From: Acidobacteriota bacterium
GTDB taxonomy: Bacteria > Acidobacteriota > UBA6911 > JACQSX01
NCBI GenBank assembly: GCA_016211105.1
Contig: JACQSX010000028.1
Span: 8,635-72,634 of the forward strand
Direction of reading: 5' to 3'
DNA length: 64,000 nt
Numbering within the stretch: position 1 is the first letter of the stretch; every line of letters starts with the position of its first letter. The notes beneath the pieces were generated by a model. That model saw only the letters and a program-made list of their open reading frames with translations, did no database searches and was not told the origin of the DNA. A program made the translations under genes and the position numbers. Positions 22,429 through 32,329 of the stretch are shown one piece after another.

Positions 22429-22797
22429 TTACATCCGTTTGACTTTCGCTCTTGTTCCCTGCGTATCTAGTTTGTAGGTCTGCTCGATGAACCGGAGCAT
22501 CAACTGCTTGTGCTCCTCGCTCAAGCCCTTCCAAAGTGCTACTACTTTTTTCAGGTCCTTGTCCAATTTTGGCGGTGTGATCTTGAATTCCGGTTGCGTG
22601 GGCGGAAAGAAATCTCGGACTTCCACCCCCAGGGCGTTCGCTAATCTCTGCAAGGTCGCTAGCGTGGGGTTGATGTGATTATTCTCCAGGCGGGAAACAT
22701 AATAATCGTCAATCTGAAGGCGAGCCGCAATTTCGCGCTGTGTCAGTTCCTTTGCCTCGCGTATTTCTCGGATACGTTCTCCCAATGTCTTCACCAT
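22429..22797 (-). CDS. XRE-family HTH regulator
   Basis: LGERIREIR..LTQREIA..YVSRLE..NPTLATL. Confidence 0.88.
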   Translation of the reverse strand: MVKTLGERIREIREAKELTQREIAARLQIDDYYVSRLENNHINPTLATLQRLANALGVEVRDFFPPTQPEFKITPPKLDKDLKKVVALWKGLSEEHKQLMLRFIEQTYKLDTQGTRAKVKRM

Positions 22798-22922
22798 GCT
22801 TGCTCCTCCAGTGGGATTGGCTGGGCCTTAAAGTGTATTTACCTGGAGCAATACAATAAAAGTACTATTGTGGAAAAGCAACAATTTTAAATTTTGTTCG
22901 CAGGATTCAGCACCGTAGAGTT

Positions 22923-23171
22923 ATGGGAGTTATGAGCCAGGAAATCCATCGGTTAAAAACTGAAGTGGCGGTGCTGCTTGCCTGCGCGCGAACGCGATTG
23001 GACAAGGCAAAATGGGCCTTCATTCAGGGGTTGTTACAGGAGATGGAGGAACGGGTGGGCCCGTCCTCGGAAGACTTGAGCCGGCAGTTACTGCAGGAGC
23101 GGGATCATTTGAGCGCCATTATTGAAAAATGCCGGGGCACCGATGCTGTTATAATGACTCGCCGTAAATGA
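22923..23171 (+). CDS. Hypothetical protein
   Basis: Helical 82-aa ORF with ATGA overlap into coaD. Confidence 0.45.
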   Translation: MGVMSQEIHRLKTEVAVLLACARTRLDKAKWAFIQGLLQEMEERVGPSSEDLSRQLLQERDHLSAIIEKCRGTDAVIMTRRK

Positions 23172-23668
23172 GGAAAGTTTCCAGCGGCGGCATTACGGCA
23201 ATTTATCCGGGTTCCTTTGACCCAATTACCAACGGCCATCTTGATGTAATTAAACGCTGTTGTAATTTATTTGAAAAGGTCATCGTGGCCGTGCTTCTCA
23301 ATGCGGCAAAAACACCGCTGTTCTCCACTGCGGAACGGGTGCGAATGCTTCGCGAGGCAACAGGTCACCTGAAAAACGTTTCGGTTGAGACCTTCGAGGG
23401 CCTGTTAGTCGATTATGCGCGGCGTAAGAGGGCGCGCGTCATTGTGCGGGGGATTCGGGCAGTTTCCGATTATGAGTATGAGCTGCAGATGGCTTTGATG
23501 AACCGACGGCTGGATGACAGCATTGAAACAGTGTTCATGATGCCAGCCGAATCCTATTCCTACCTGAGTTCTCGTCTTGTAAAAGAGGTTTTCCTTCTGG
23601 GCGGGAGTGTAAATGGTTTGGTCCCCCCGACGGTGGAAACTGCGCTGGCGAAAAAGATTAAGCGGTAA
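23168..23668 (+). CDS. coaD: Phosphopantetheine adenylyltransferase
   Basis: YPGSFDPITNGH, VRGIRAVSDYEYE, LSSRLVKE. Confidence 0.97.
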   Translation: MRKVSSGGITAIYPGSFDPITNGHLDVIKRCCNLFEKVIVAVLLNAAKTPLFSTAERVRMLREATGHLKNVSVETFEGLLVDYARRKRARVIVRGIRAVSDYEYELQMALMNRRLDDSIETVFMMPAESYSYLSSRLVKEVFLLGGSVNGLVPPTVETALAKKIKR

Positions 23669-23697
23669 AATCTTCACAGAACTGCCTGAATTCAATC

Positions 23698-23946
23698 ATG
23701 CTCTATGTGGTGGCGTTGTTTCTTTGGGCGGCGTGTCTGGTTTCCGGGATCGCTTTGGCGGCTGATCGCCCTCGGCGCGCCGGAGTGACGAGTGAACCTG
23801 TAGCCAGCGTTTTCGACGCGCTGTACAACCTTGATTATGGAATTGCAATCGCCGATTTCCGCAGGTTCATCGCTCTCAACCTGTCGGATCCCGCAAGTTA
23901 CGTGTATTTAGGGATTGCGTACTGGATGCAGTGTATGTCCCCTTAA
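23698..23946 (+). CDS. Short exported TPR-like protein, probably truncated
   Basis: Signal peptide plus one TPR-like unit (LYNLDY..A..F..DPASYVYLG). Confidence 0.45.
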   Translation: MLYVVALFLWAACLVSGIALAADRPRRAGVTSEPVASVFDALYNLDYGIAIADFRRFIALNLSDPASYVYLGIAYWMQCMSP

Positions 23947-24085
23947 GCTGGTGGATGAATCCGGATTAATTTCCGGTAAGGCGCGAAATCTGTGGAAGGT
24001 GGAGAAGTTTCAGACGGTCCTGTCCCAGTCTGCAAGGAACGGAGACGTTGAACCTTCCAAGTTGTAACCTGTAAGCTGTAATACA

Positions 24086-24628
24086 ATGCGGCGTTCAGCT
24101 CTCCTGATTATCGTCTTCTTGGCAGTAACTGCTACGTTCTCATACGTTCGCTGGAGAACGACGCGATACGATTATCTGATTGCCCAAGGGGCAGCCAAGT
24201 ACGACCTCGATTTTCACTTAGTCAAATCTCTAATTTACGAGGAGAGCTGGTTTAATCATTTTGCCCGCGGAAAAGTAGGCGAAGTAGGGCTAATGCAGAT
24301 CACTCCTATCGCAGCCGACGATTACATGCGGATCAGAAAGATAAAGATTCATCCGGACGACCTATATGACCCTGAACTTAACATTGAAGTCGGTTGTTGG
24401 TATTTGCGCAGTTCCATCGACCGATATAAGGATTTTGAAGATCCCCTGCCTTACGCGCTGGCGCGCTACAATGCGGGTGAATTACGGGTGAACAAGTGGC
24501 TGGAGCCGCCGCCAAGAGACCACTCCGAACCCGCGCAGAATTTTTTGGATCGTGTCGACTACCCTTCCACGCGGCACTATGTGAAAAAGATCTTGCGGCG
24601 GTATGCGCTGCAGAACTACTTTTTCTAA
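24086..24628 (+). CDS. SLT lytic transglycosylase
   Basis: YEES, GLMQI, ARYNAG motifs. Confidence 0.92.
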   Translation: MRRSALLIIVFLAVTATFSYVRWRTTRYDYLIAQGAAKYDLDFHLVKSLIYEESWFNHFARGKVGEVGLMQITPIAADDYMRIRKIKIHPDDLYDPELNIEVGCWYLRSSIDRYKDFEDPLPYALARYNAGELRVNKWLEPPPRDHSEPAQNFLDRVDYPSTRHYVKKILRRYALQNYFF

Positions 24629-24689
24629 TTCGGGCCCCGGTCGGCAGCCGGCCTTTGAGTTTTGGCCTGCGACATTAGATTTTGTTTCA

Positions 24690-25235
24690 CTATTTTGGTT
24701 TCTCCAAGATGGGTTCTTTGCGGCCAAAAAATTCCATCTTCAAGACACGGTAATCCTCTCTCACGTCAGGTGAGTCGAAGTTCATTTTATTGATCCTCTC
24801 GGCGGCGTCGTTAAACCGGGGCTCCGACAAGGAGTCAAGCATGCAGAGCTGGTTTCCTAGCTGGACAGAGACGGATTGAAAGGACTGGATCGAAGCAAAG
24901 CCGCCTTTCAGCACCAGCCCGATAAATGAGTTCGGCAAGATTTTCATGTTCGACGTGAGATAAGGATCCGAGGGGTTGCCCGTCTCAAGGATGATCTTGT
25001 CTACCTTGACGGCCTGGTCCTGCGTGTCCGTTAGGAGGATGTCCTGAGGACGGAGATAGTAGGTCTTATCGGTAAAGTTGACGACGTTCAAGATCGCTTC
25101 TTTTTGAGCTGTTAGTTCGAAGGTCAAGATAAAATCGTACTGGGCGTAAATGAAATGGCGACCGCTGGTCTCCGCACGCAGACCCGCTATGGAGAGGAGC
25201 GAAACAAGAAGGGGATAGACGATCCGAGTTTTCAT
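24690..25235 (-). CDS. Exported hypothetical protein
   Basis: Signal peptide, 181-aa ORF. Confidence 0.65.
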   Translation of the reverse strand: MKTRIVYPLLVSLLSIAGLRAETSGRHFIYAQYDFILTFELTAQKEAILNVVNFTDKTYYLRPQDILLTDTQDQAVKVDKIILETGNPSDPYLTSNMKILPNSFIGLVLKGGFASIQSFQSVSVQLGNQLCMLDSLSEPRFNDAAERINKMNFDSPDVREDYRVLKMEFFGRKEPILEKPK

Positions 25236-25341
25236 AGCAGTCTCAGTTTATCGTAATTTGTCAGCGCCGGGGTGATGGGGAAGGGATTCGCGCCCGTGTG
25301 CTGCCTGTGCGCGGGTTGCGCTTTCCAAATGCGTCGTTGAT

Positions 25342-26055
25342 CTAGAATTGCTTCATTGCGACTTCTATTTCTTCGCGTATTTTCCGGGCGGCCTGCGAGG
25401 GATCCAGCGCCCGAGTGATCGGCCGGCCCACCACAAGATAATCCGCTCCTGCAGAAATAGCTTCTGCAGGCGTCATGATCCGCCGTTGATCGTTGGCGGT
25501 ACTGGCAGAGGGCCGAATTCCGGGCACGATCTTCTTCAACTTCACGCCAGCGAGCCGTTTTAGCTCCCATGGTGAGCAGACCAATCCGTCTACACCGGCA
25601 GCGCAAGCGGCTTCCGCCAAGCGGATCACCGCCTCTTCGATGGAATCCCGCGGAAAGATTTGTCTCCATAATTCTGTAGAAAAACTGGTCAGAACGGTCA
25701 CCCCCAACAACAGCGGGCGGTCCGCCTGGGGGAAGTCACGGATTGCGGTGACGGCGGATCTCATCATTTCCACCCCGCCTGAAGCATGGAGCGTGACCAT
25801 TGCTGGCCGCAGCCGGGCTGCATTATGCACGGCTGCAGCCACAACCTCGGGAATATCGTAAAATTTCAAGTCGAGAAATACACGACTTCCTTTTTCCACC
25901 AGCCGCTGAATCAACGTCGGACCTTCCAAAGTAAACAGGTGGCTGCCTACCTTAAAAGAATGAGTAATTGGAGCCAAAAGTTCCGCCAGTTGGAGAGCCT
26001 GAGCGCCAGAGGTGACATCCAGGGCTACGATTAAGCGATCATTGGAAGTTGGCAT
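25342..26055 (-). CDS. pyrF: Orotidine-5'-phosphate decarboxylase
   Basis: LIVALD, FLDLKFYDIP, VPGIRP, LVVGRPI. Confidence 0.96.
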   Translation of the reverse strand: MPTSNDRLIVALDVTSGAQALQLAELLAPITHSFKVGSHLFTLEGPTLIQRLVEKGSRVFLDLKFYDIPEVVAAAVHNAARLRPAMVTLHASGGVEMMRSAVTAIRDFPQADRPLLLGVTVLTSFSTELWRQIFPRDSIEEAVIRLAEAACAAGVDGLVCSPWELKRLAGVKLKKIVPGIRPSASTANDQRRIMTPAEAISAGADYLVVGRPITRALDPSQAARKIREEIEVAMKQF

Positions 26056-26394
26056 CGCTGACCCTTCAATCTCGACTGCCGTGAGTCATTGGAACATTGC
26101 CAGTCAAGGGCAATGGCGCTGTTCTTTTCATCGAAAATATTCCGGATCGAGTTGCTGTCGCTTGGCCAGTGCGGCACTGAAATCCTTCATCATGATGTTC
26201 TTACCACATGACGGTCGGCTTTACGGAAAAAAATGACTTGCATATTAAGATTTGCCCGTCCGGAACGTTGCGCAATTGCTTCGGGCCGTTGCACATCGAT
26301 TGGGCGCAGTCTGTCGCCGATGGTCCATAGTAAACAATTGCCCATTCCCTTTTAAAAAGACATCGGGTATTGTACCAAGGCATTAACGCTGCTT

Positions 26395-26961
26395 ATGGAA
26401 CGTCAAATCATGTCCGCCAGACAGATGGAGTTGGTGCTGGCTCGTATTGCCGCCGAGATCGTCGAGAAACACCCGGATCTGGATAATCTACTTCTAATAG
26501 GTATTCGCCGCCGGGGAATTCCGCTGGCCGGACGCCTTCAGAAGCACATTCAGGGTCTGACGCAGAAAAACATACCGCTAGGCATTCTGGATATTACGCT
26601 CTATCGCGATGATCTGACCACAGTGGCCGCGCAGCCGGTGGTGGAAAGCACGCGGATCGACATTCCCGTGGAGGGGAGGAAGGTGATTCTAGTCGACGAT
26701 GTTCTTTATACTGGCAGAACCGTGCGTGCGGCCTTGGATTTGCTGGTGGATTTTGGACGGCCCAGGCAGGTGGAATTGGCTGTGCTGATCGATCGGGGCC
26801 ATCGCGAGCTGCCGATTCAGGCCGATTATATTGGCCAAGCCATTCAAACTGCGGATGAGGAAGTCGTGGAAGTACAGTTGCTTGAAGTTGACAAGGCAGA
26901 AAGAGTGCTGCTGACGAACCGAGAACTCGTTCGCAAGAAAAGGAAAATTTCTACAAAGTGA
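26395..26961 (+). CDS. pyrR: PyrR regulator/UPRTase
   Basis: LDITLYRDD, LVDDVLYTGRT, DRGHRELPI. Confidence 0.96.
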   Translation: MERQIMSARQMELVLARIAAEIVEKHPDLDNLLLIGIRRRGIPLAGRLQKHIQGLTQKNIPLGILDITLYRDDLTTVAAQPVVESTRIDIPVEGRKVILVDDVLYTGRTVRAALDLLVDFGRPRQVELAVLIDRGHRELPIQADYIGQAIQTADEEVVEVQLLEVDKAERVLLTNRELVRKKRKISTK

Positions 26962-26981
26962 GTTAGTCTCTCCTACGGGAA

Positions 26982-27926
26982 ATGCCGCTGAACCGCCGCC
27001 ACCTTCTCGGAATTGAAGATCTGGATCCGGTAGAAATTGAGTTGATCCTGAAAACGGGAGAGTCGTTCCGTGAAATTTCTGCCCGTCCCATCAAAAAGGT
27101 TCCAGCCCTGCGTGGGAAGACCATTATTAACCTGTTCTTTGAGCCGTCTACGCGAACCCGCTCCTCATTTGAGATCGCCGCCAAGCGCCTCAGTGCGGAC
27201 ACGGTAAATTTTTCCCATTCCAGCAGCAGTGCGCTTAAGGGAGAAACCATCATTGACACGGTCAAAAACCTGCAATCAATGGCGCCCGACGCCTTGGTGG
27301 TGCGCCACCCAGCGAGCGGAATTCCCCTGGTACTTTCCAAGCACGTGAAATGTTGCGTGATCAATGCCGGCGACGGCATGCACGAGCATCCCACCCAGGC
27401 ATTGCTGGACATGATGACCATCCGCGAGCACAAACAGAAACTGAAAGGCTTGAAAGTAGCTATTATTGGAGACATCCGTCACAGTCGGGTGGCCCGCTCC
27501 AACATCTATGGACTGACGAAAATGGGAGCCAAGGTCTGGTTATGCGGGCCTCCCACGTTGTTGCCCCGGGAGTTTGAACAATTCGATGTCAGATTAACCT
27601 GGGACATTCGCGAGGCATTGGAGAAGGCCGATGTCGCCATCATGTTGCGTATCCAGTTGGAGCGACAAGGCGAGAATTTTTTCCCCTCTGTAAAGGAGTA
27701 CTTTGATCGTTTTGGACTCGATCGCGACAAATTGCGGCTTGCCAAGCCCGATGTTTTGGTGATGCATCCAGGTCCGATTAATCGCGGCGTGGAGATTTCT
27801 TCTGAGGTAGCGGACGGAGAATTTTCGGTGATTTTGGAGCAGGTGGCCAACGGAATTGCGGTGCGCATGGCCTTGCTTTATTTGTTGTTACTGCCGGGTG
27901 CATCTACGCAAGTGGTGTGGGACTGA
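26982..27926 (+). CDS. pyrB: Aspartate carbamoyltransferase catalytic subunit
   Basis: [23 protein letters not shown]. Confidence 0.97.
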   Translation: MPLNRRHLLGIEDLDPVEIELILKTGESFREISARPIKKVPALRGKTIINLFFEPSTRTRSSFEIAAKRLSADTVNFSHSSSSALKGETIIDTVKNLQSMAPDALVVRHPASGIPLVLSKHVKCCVINAGDGMHEHPTQALLDMMTIREHKQKLKGLKVAIIGDIRHSRVARSNIYGLTKMGAKVWLCGPPTLLPREFEQFDVRLTWDIREALEKADVAIMLRIQLERQGENFFPSVKEYFDRFGLDRDKLRLAKPDVLVMHPGPINRGVEISSEVADGEFSVILEQVANGIAVRMALLYLLLLPGASTQVVWD

Positions 27927-28008
27927 TATCGATTCTACGTTTGGCTCGATTGCTCTTTGCATGTTGGGTGCGGCGTGTGAACAGAAAAGGTCTTCAAGAG
28001 ACGGCAAC

Positions 28009-29304
28009 ATGACAATTCTATTTCGGGGCGCGCACATTGTGGATCCCGGCAGCAACTGGGATGGTCTCGGTGATTTACTTGTGGAGAATGGCAGAATTGC
28101 GGAAGTAAGAAAGTCGCTGCCACCCGAGAAAGGTTGGGAAATCATTGATGCCGCGGGATTGATCTTGACTCCCGGCCTGATTGATATGCATGTGCATTTG
28201 CGGGAGCCGGGCCGAGAGGATGAGGAAACGATTGAATCCGGCTGCCGCAGTGCGGTCGTGGGGGGGTTTTCTTCGGTTGCCTGTATGCCGAACACCGATC
28301 CGGTCAATGATTCGGAGACGGTCACACGGTTTATCCTCGAGAAAGCGCGCGCCGCGGGCACGGCGAATGTATATCCGGTGGGAGCCATCAGTAAAGGGAG
28401 TCGAGGCGAGCAACTCGCAGAGATCGGCGAAATGGTCAAGGCGGGGGCCCGGGCGATCAGTGATGACGGGCACCCGATCATGAACGCACAGTTGATGCGT
28501 CGCGCCATGGAATATGCATCGATGTTTGATATCGCAGTTATTGATCACTGCGAAGATACGTATCTGGCGGCTGCGGGATCTATGAATGAGGGCCGGGCGA
28601 GCGTGAGGCTTGGCTTGTCAGGAATGCACAGTTGCGCCGAAGATGTACAGGTGGCGCGCGACGTGATTTTGGCCGAGGTTACGGGCGCTCGAGTCCATAT
28701 CGCGCACCTCTCCTCTGCGCGCTCCCTGTCGATGGTTTCCAGGGCCAAAGAAAAATCGGCGCCGGTGACGTGTGAAGTGACTCCCCATCACCTGATACTG
28801 ACGGACGAGGACATTGTTGACTACGACACGAATTTTAAGATGTATCCCCCGCTGCGCTCGCGTGCCGATCGAAAGGCGCTGTTGGCAGGGTTGGCCGACG
28901 GCACGATTGACGCGATTGCTTCGGATCACGCCCCACATAATGCCGATGAAAAAATGCTTGATTTCCAAAACGCGCCGTTTGGCATTTTGGGACTCGAGAC
29001 GACGTTACCGCTCGCTGTGACGCATCTGGTGCGCAAAAAGGTCATCGATTGGTCTCGACTGGTCGAGCTCTTGTCACGTAACCCGGCCCGCATTCTTAAG
29101 TTGGAAAGCAAGGGAAGTCTTAAGACAGGAAGCGACGCCGATATTACCCTGATTGATCCTCGGATATCGTGGACGATTGAACGGCCGAAGTTACGTTCTC
29201 GGAGTCGCAACACTCCATTTGAAGGGTGGAAAGTCTATGGGCGCTGCGTGGGAACCATGGTCGGTGGTCGCTGGGTGTTCCAGGAACTAAACGTTGCTCG
29301 TTAA
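28009..29304 (+). CDS. pyrC: Dihydroorotase
   Basis: DMHVHLREPG, CEVTPHH, IASDHAPH; likely start ATG 28009. Confidence 0.95.
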   Translation: MTILFRGAHIVDPGSNWDGLGDLLVENGRIAEVRKSLPPEKGWEIIDAAGLILTPGLIDMHVHLREPGREDEETIESGCRSAVVGGFSSVACMPNTDPVNDSETVTRFILEKARAAGTANVYPVGAISKGSRGEQLAEIGEMVKAGARAISDDGHPIMNAQLMRRAMEYASMFDIAVIDHCEDTYLAAAGSMNEGRASVRLGLSGMHSCAEDVQVARDVILAEVTGARVHIAHLSSARSLSMVSRAKEKSAPVTCEVTPHHLILTDEDIVDYDTNFKMYPPLRSRADRKALLAGLADGTIDAIASDHAPHNADEKMLDFQNAPFGILGLETTLPLAVTHLVRKKVIDWSRLVELLSRNPARILKLESKGSLKTGSDADITLIDPRISWTIERPKLRSRSRNTPFEGWKVYGRCVGTMVGGRWVFQELNVAR

Positions 29305-29395
29305 CACGTTGGCAAGTCAGCAGGTTGGCTAGTGTCTCGGTGGCAAAAATACGCTTATTTATGCGCCAAGACACCAGACTGCATTCGAGGTCCAG

Positions 29396-29692
29396 TCATT
29401 TGTCAGGCAGCGCCACAATAATATCGCCGGGACGCGCAAAGTTGAAATCTTCGCGCGCAACTTTCTCGATCGCGTTCGGGTCGGACTTCAGCTGTTTAAT
29501 ATTCTTCAGCAGGCTTTCATTTTCCGTCCGCAGTCGGCTGTTTTCCACACTGAGCGCTTCAAACTGCTTTCGGTACTCGCGCAGCTTGCGATATCCTCCC
29601 TTTCCAAGGATACAGAAATAAAGCAAAGCCATGACAGACAGCAGGAGCAAAATAAAGAAACTTTCCCGGCGTAATCGATCGGTGGCACTCAT
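29396..29692 (-). CDS. Septum formation initiator (FtsB/DivIC family)
   Basis: TM plus coiled coil, IEKVAREDFNFARPGD. Confidence 0.85.
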   Translation of the reverse strand: MSATDRLRRESFFILLLLSVMALLYFCILGKGGYRKLREYRKQFEALSVENSRLRTENESLLKNIKQLKSDPNAIEKVAREDFNFARPGDIIVALPDK

Positions 29693-29776
29693 GATATTTT
29701 TCTCATCGGGAATTGAAGTTTATCGGTTCCCCATGCAGAGGCGCCATGGATCGACGTCTTCAGTCGGAAAACACCC

Positions 29777-30145
29777 ATGACGGACTTTTCGGTGGTCCTT
29801 ACTACAGTAAGCTCAGAGGAGGAGGCTCGCAGACTGGCCAGATCTTTGGTCCAATCTCGCCTTGCGGCCTGCGTTAACATTATTTCAAACGTGACATCCA
29901 TTTACAACTGGAAAGATCAGATGCAGGAGGATAGGGAATTTTTACTTTTGATCAAGACCCGATCCAGCCTGGTCACGGCCATGAAAGCGCACTTTGTCGG
30001 CAGGCATCCGTACGAGGTTCCGGAATTCATCGCGATCGATATTGGGGAAGGGTCGGATGCCTACCTTGGGTGGATGGGGGACTGGCTAAAGGTGAAGGCA
30101 AAAAGGTCGAAGGTCGAAAGTCGCAAGTCGGGCCGGAGATCGTAG
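29777..30145 (+). CDS. cutA: Divalent-cation tolerance protein CutA
   Basis: LAACVN, SIYNW, HPYEVPE. Confidence 0.92.
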   Translation: MTDFSVVLTTVSSEEEARRLARSLVQSRLAACVNIISNVTSIYNWKDQMQEDREFLLLIKTRSSLVTAMKAHFVGRHPYEVPEFIAIDIGEGSDAYLGWMGDWLKVKAKRSKVESRKSGRRS

Positions 30146-30204
30146 GTCAGAGATCACAACTTAAAGCCGAATTTCGCCCTGCGACTTGCGACTTACAGCT
30201 ACCA

Positions 30205-30861
30205 ATGTTGAAAAAGTTTGGGGAAGAGAAATTGAATTTTCTGTTGCGCCAGCATTTTGCCGGCTCCGTCGCGTTGTTTCTGGAGCGCTGGAACGTGCAG
30301 CCAGGAACCGATGGCGAGATGTTGCTGGACGGCTTTTTTGATGAGCTGAGTTGTAGGGGGCTTGAGGAGTCAGAGACCTTTCATGTTCGTCTCTTGCCTC
30401 ATCGATGGAAAGCGAAAGGAGCCAAGGGGGCGGCGCTCCTGTTGAGCTTATATGAGCCCGAATTGCGATTTCAAAAAGCGATTCTATTTCGGGCGCGTGC
30501 CAGTATGAATCGGGCCCTTACCGAAGAAGGCAACTTGTTCGACATGGATCACATCAAGGAAGAAGCGGCCGAACTGCTAGAGATCAGCCAGTCTTCCTGT
30601 TTCGCAAGCTTTGCTCCGCAGGGAATCCACGTGATCTCAGCCAGCAGTGTGTTGGGAAACAATGCAAGCGATGCCTACCTGTTGAAGAATTTTTACTACC
30701 TAAACATTGCAGACTTCGTGGGCAATCTTTTTTTCAAGTGCTTTCTCGGGGATAGCCGTCCCAGCTTTATCGCCGCGCTTCAGGGGGGCGCCTACTGCCG
30801 AAACTTGCTGGAGATCCGGATCACTGGAATGCCGCAGGTCTCGCAACCTCAGCTCTTTTAA
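30205..30861 (+). CDS. Hypothetical protein
   Basis: Long ORF; likely start ATG 30205 after a heptamer-repeat stretch. Confidence 0.6.
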   Translation: MLKKFGEEKLNFLLRQHFAGSVALFLERWNVQPGTDGEMLLDGFFDELSCRGLEESETFHVRLLPHRWKAKGAKGAALLLSLYEPELRFQKAILFRARASMNRALTEEGNLFDMDHIKEEAAELLEISQSSCFASFAPQGIHVISASSVLGNNASDAYLLKNFYYLNIADFVGNLFFKCFLGDSRPSFIAALQGGAYCRNLLEIRITGMPQVSQPQLF

Positions 30862-31088
30862 AGGTAAAGGGCGCTGCCAGATCTGCTTGGCGGTCAGTCC
30901 TCTTCCGATTCCGGTATGGGGGTCTGACGACAGCTAGGAAACGACCTCTGCAGACAGGGAGCGAGGTACTAAGATACCCGCCACCGATCCGAGTTGCGCC
31001 TAGCTGCCCAAGATCGGACGCACATACGGATACCCGCCCACGAGCTCTTGAGCACACGATTGAAAAGCCAAGGAATCTCAATGAACTC

Positions 31089-31117
31089 ATGGTAGGAAGG
31101 AGTGAACGAAATGTCAA
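31089..31117 (-). promoter_or_regulatory. Sigma70-type promoter with no convincing downstream CDS
   Basis: Minus strand TTGACA-17 nt-TACCAT. Confidence 0.5.
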
Positions 31118-31205
31118 ATCCAGCCAACTGCAGATGTCGCGGCCGAGGCGACAAATATCTACGTATTTATGAGTCGAGTACTTAGGCCGAAGCTCGCGCT
31201 TCGGC

Positions 31206-31991
31206 TCAGGCAGAAATTGATTCGCCGCCTTGGGTTTCTTGCGCGAAGGCTCTTTCCAGAGCTTGGATAATTCCGTCTGTTGACGCATCGGCGGCCATCC
31301 AGTCGACGCTTAACCCCAACTCCCGCATCCTCTGGGCGGTTGCCGGCCCAACAGCGCAATATTTCAGAGGACTGCGAACCGCCTCTACCGGGCGTTTCGA
31401 GGCGAAAACCTCGGCCGCCGAACCGCTCATGAACACGACTGCGTCGATCTCGCTCCAGGGAGCAACTTGCAGGACCGCGATTCCACCAGGGTCGGGGGTA
31501 GTGCGGTAGAGTGGCACCTCAGTTATCCGCGCTCCCATGCGTGACAGAGCGCCGCGCAGGAGATCGCGTGTTTTCTCCGCTAAGAAAAGTCCAAATCTTT
31601 TCCCGGTGAGGTCGAGCTGTCCCAAAGCCTGGATCAAGCCTTCCGAACTGGCGGTTTCGGGAACCAGAGATATCTTCCAATTGCATTGCTTTACTGCCGC
31701 TGCTGTCGCAGACCCGATGACCGCGATCTGCATGCGCTCCGGCATGCTGGCTCTCATTCTCCGGAAGTGCTGGCAAAAGTAGTCCACTCCGTTGGCGCTC
31801 GTGAATACAAGCCAATCGAAATCCTCCAGCTTGGAAATCACCAATCTCGTCCCTTCTGGATTGATGGATTCCGTCCGGATTAACGGTGCCACATACACGA
31901 TCGCCTGTCGTTTTTCCAGTTCTTGTTGTAATCCGGCGGACTGCCGCGCCGGGCGCGTCAGGAGAATGTGTTTGTTCTGCAAATGGCTCAT
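31206..31991 (-). CDS. hemD: Uroporphyrinogen-III synthase
   Basis: ILLTRP, WLVFTSANGV, VPLYRT, FMSGSA, AVGPATA. Confidence 0.92.
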   Translation of the reverse strand: MSHLQNKHILLTRPARQSAGLQQELEKRQAIVYVAPLIRTESINPEGTRLVISKLEDFDWLVFTSANGVDYFCQHFRRMRASMPERMQIAVIGSATAAAVKQCNWKISLVPETASSEGLIQALGQLDLTGKRFGLFLAEKTRDLLRGALSRMGARITEVPLYRTTPDPGGIAVLQVAPWSEIDAVVFMSGSAAEVFASKRPVEAVRSPLKYCAVGPATAQRMRELGLSVDWMAADASTDGIIQALERAFAQETQGGESISA

Positions 31992-32329
31992 GGCAAATTC
32001 AGGCCTCGGCGACTCCTTTGATCAGTTTTTGGCGAGGGCAAAAGCGAGCGCATGTGCCGGCACGGATTTCCGCGATGTAGAAAGTCATTTCCTCATTGTA
32101 GGATGGTAGGTGAGCTTGTGACAAATCTCCATTGTGCAACGTTGTGCTCCCTTGGCGGCGGATCGTAAATTGAGACTCTCAAAGTTACGATTTCAAATTG
32201 CGGATCTCGGATTGCGGATGGTTGCAGTTACACGGCCGTATATTTTGGGTCGGGAAGCGTTTCGGTTTTTTTGTGTCGACCTGATTTTGGGGGAGAGGTA
32301 AATCTTATATTGTCGTCCTGTTTGATTTA

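Noticed and set aside
25262-25330. tRNA-like sequence between pyrF and the next gene (possible selC)
   Set aside because: No TTC T-loop or cloverleaf; only a GC-rich hairpin.
26060-26394. PyrR attenuator upstream of pyrR
   Set aside because: No recognisable PyrR-binding loop or terminator/antiterminator pair seen.
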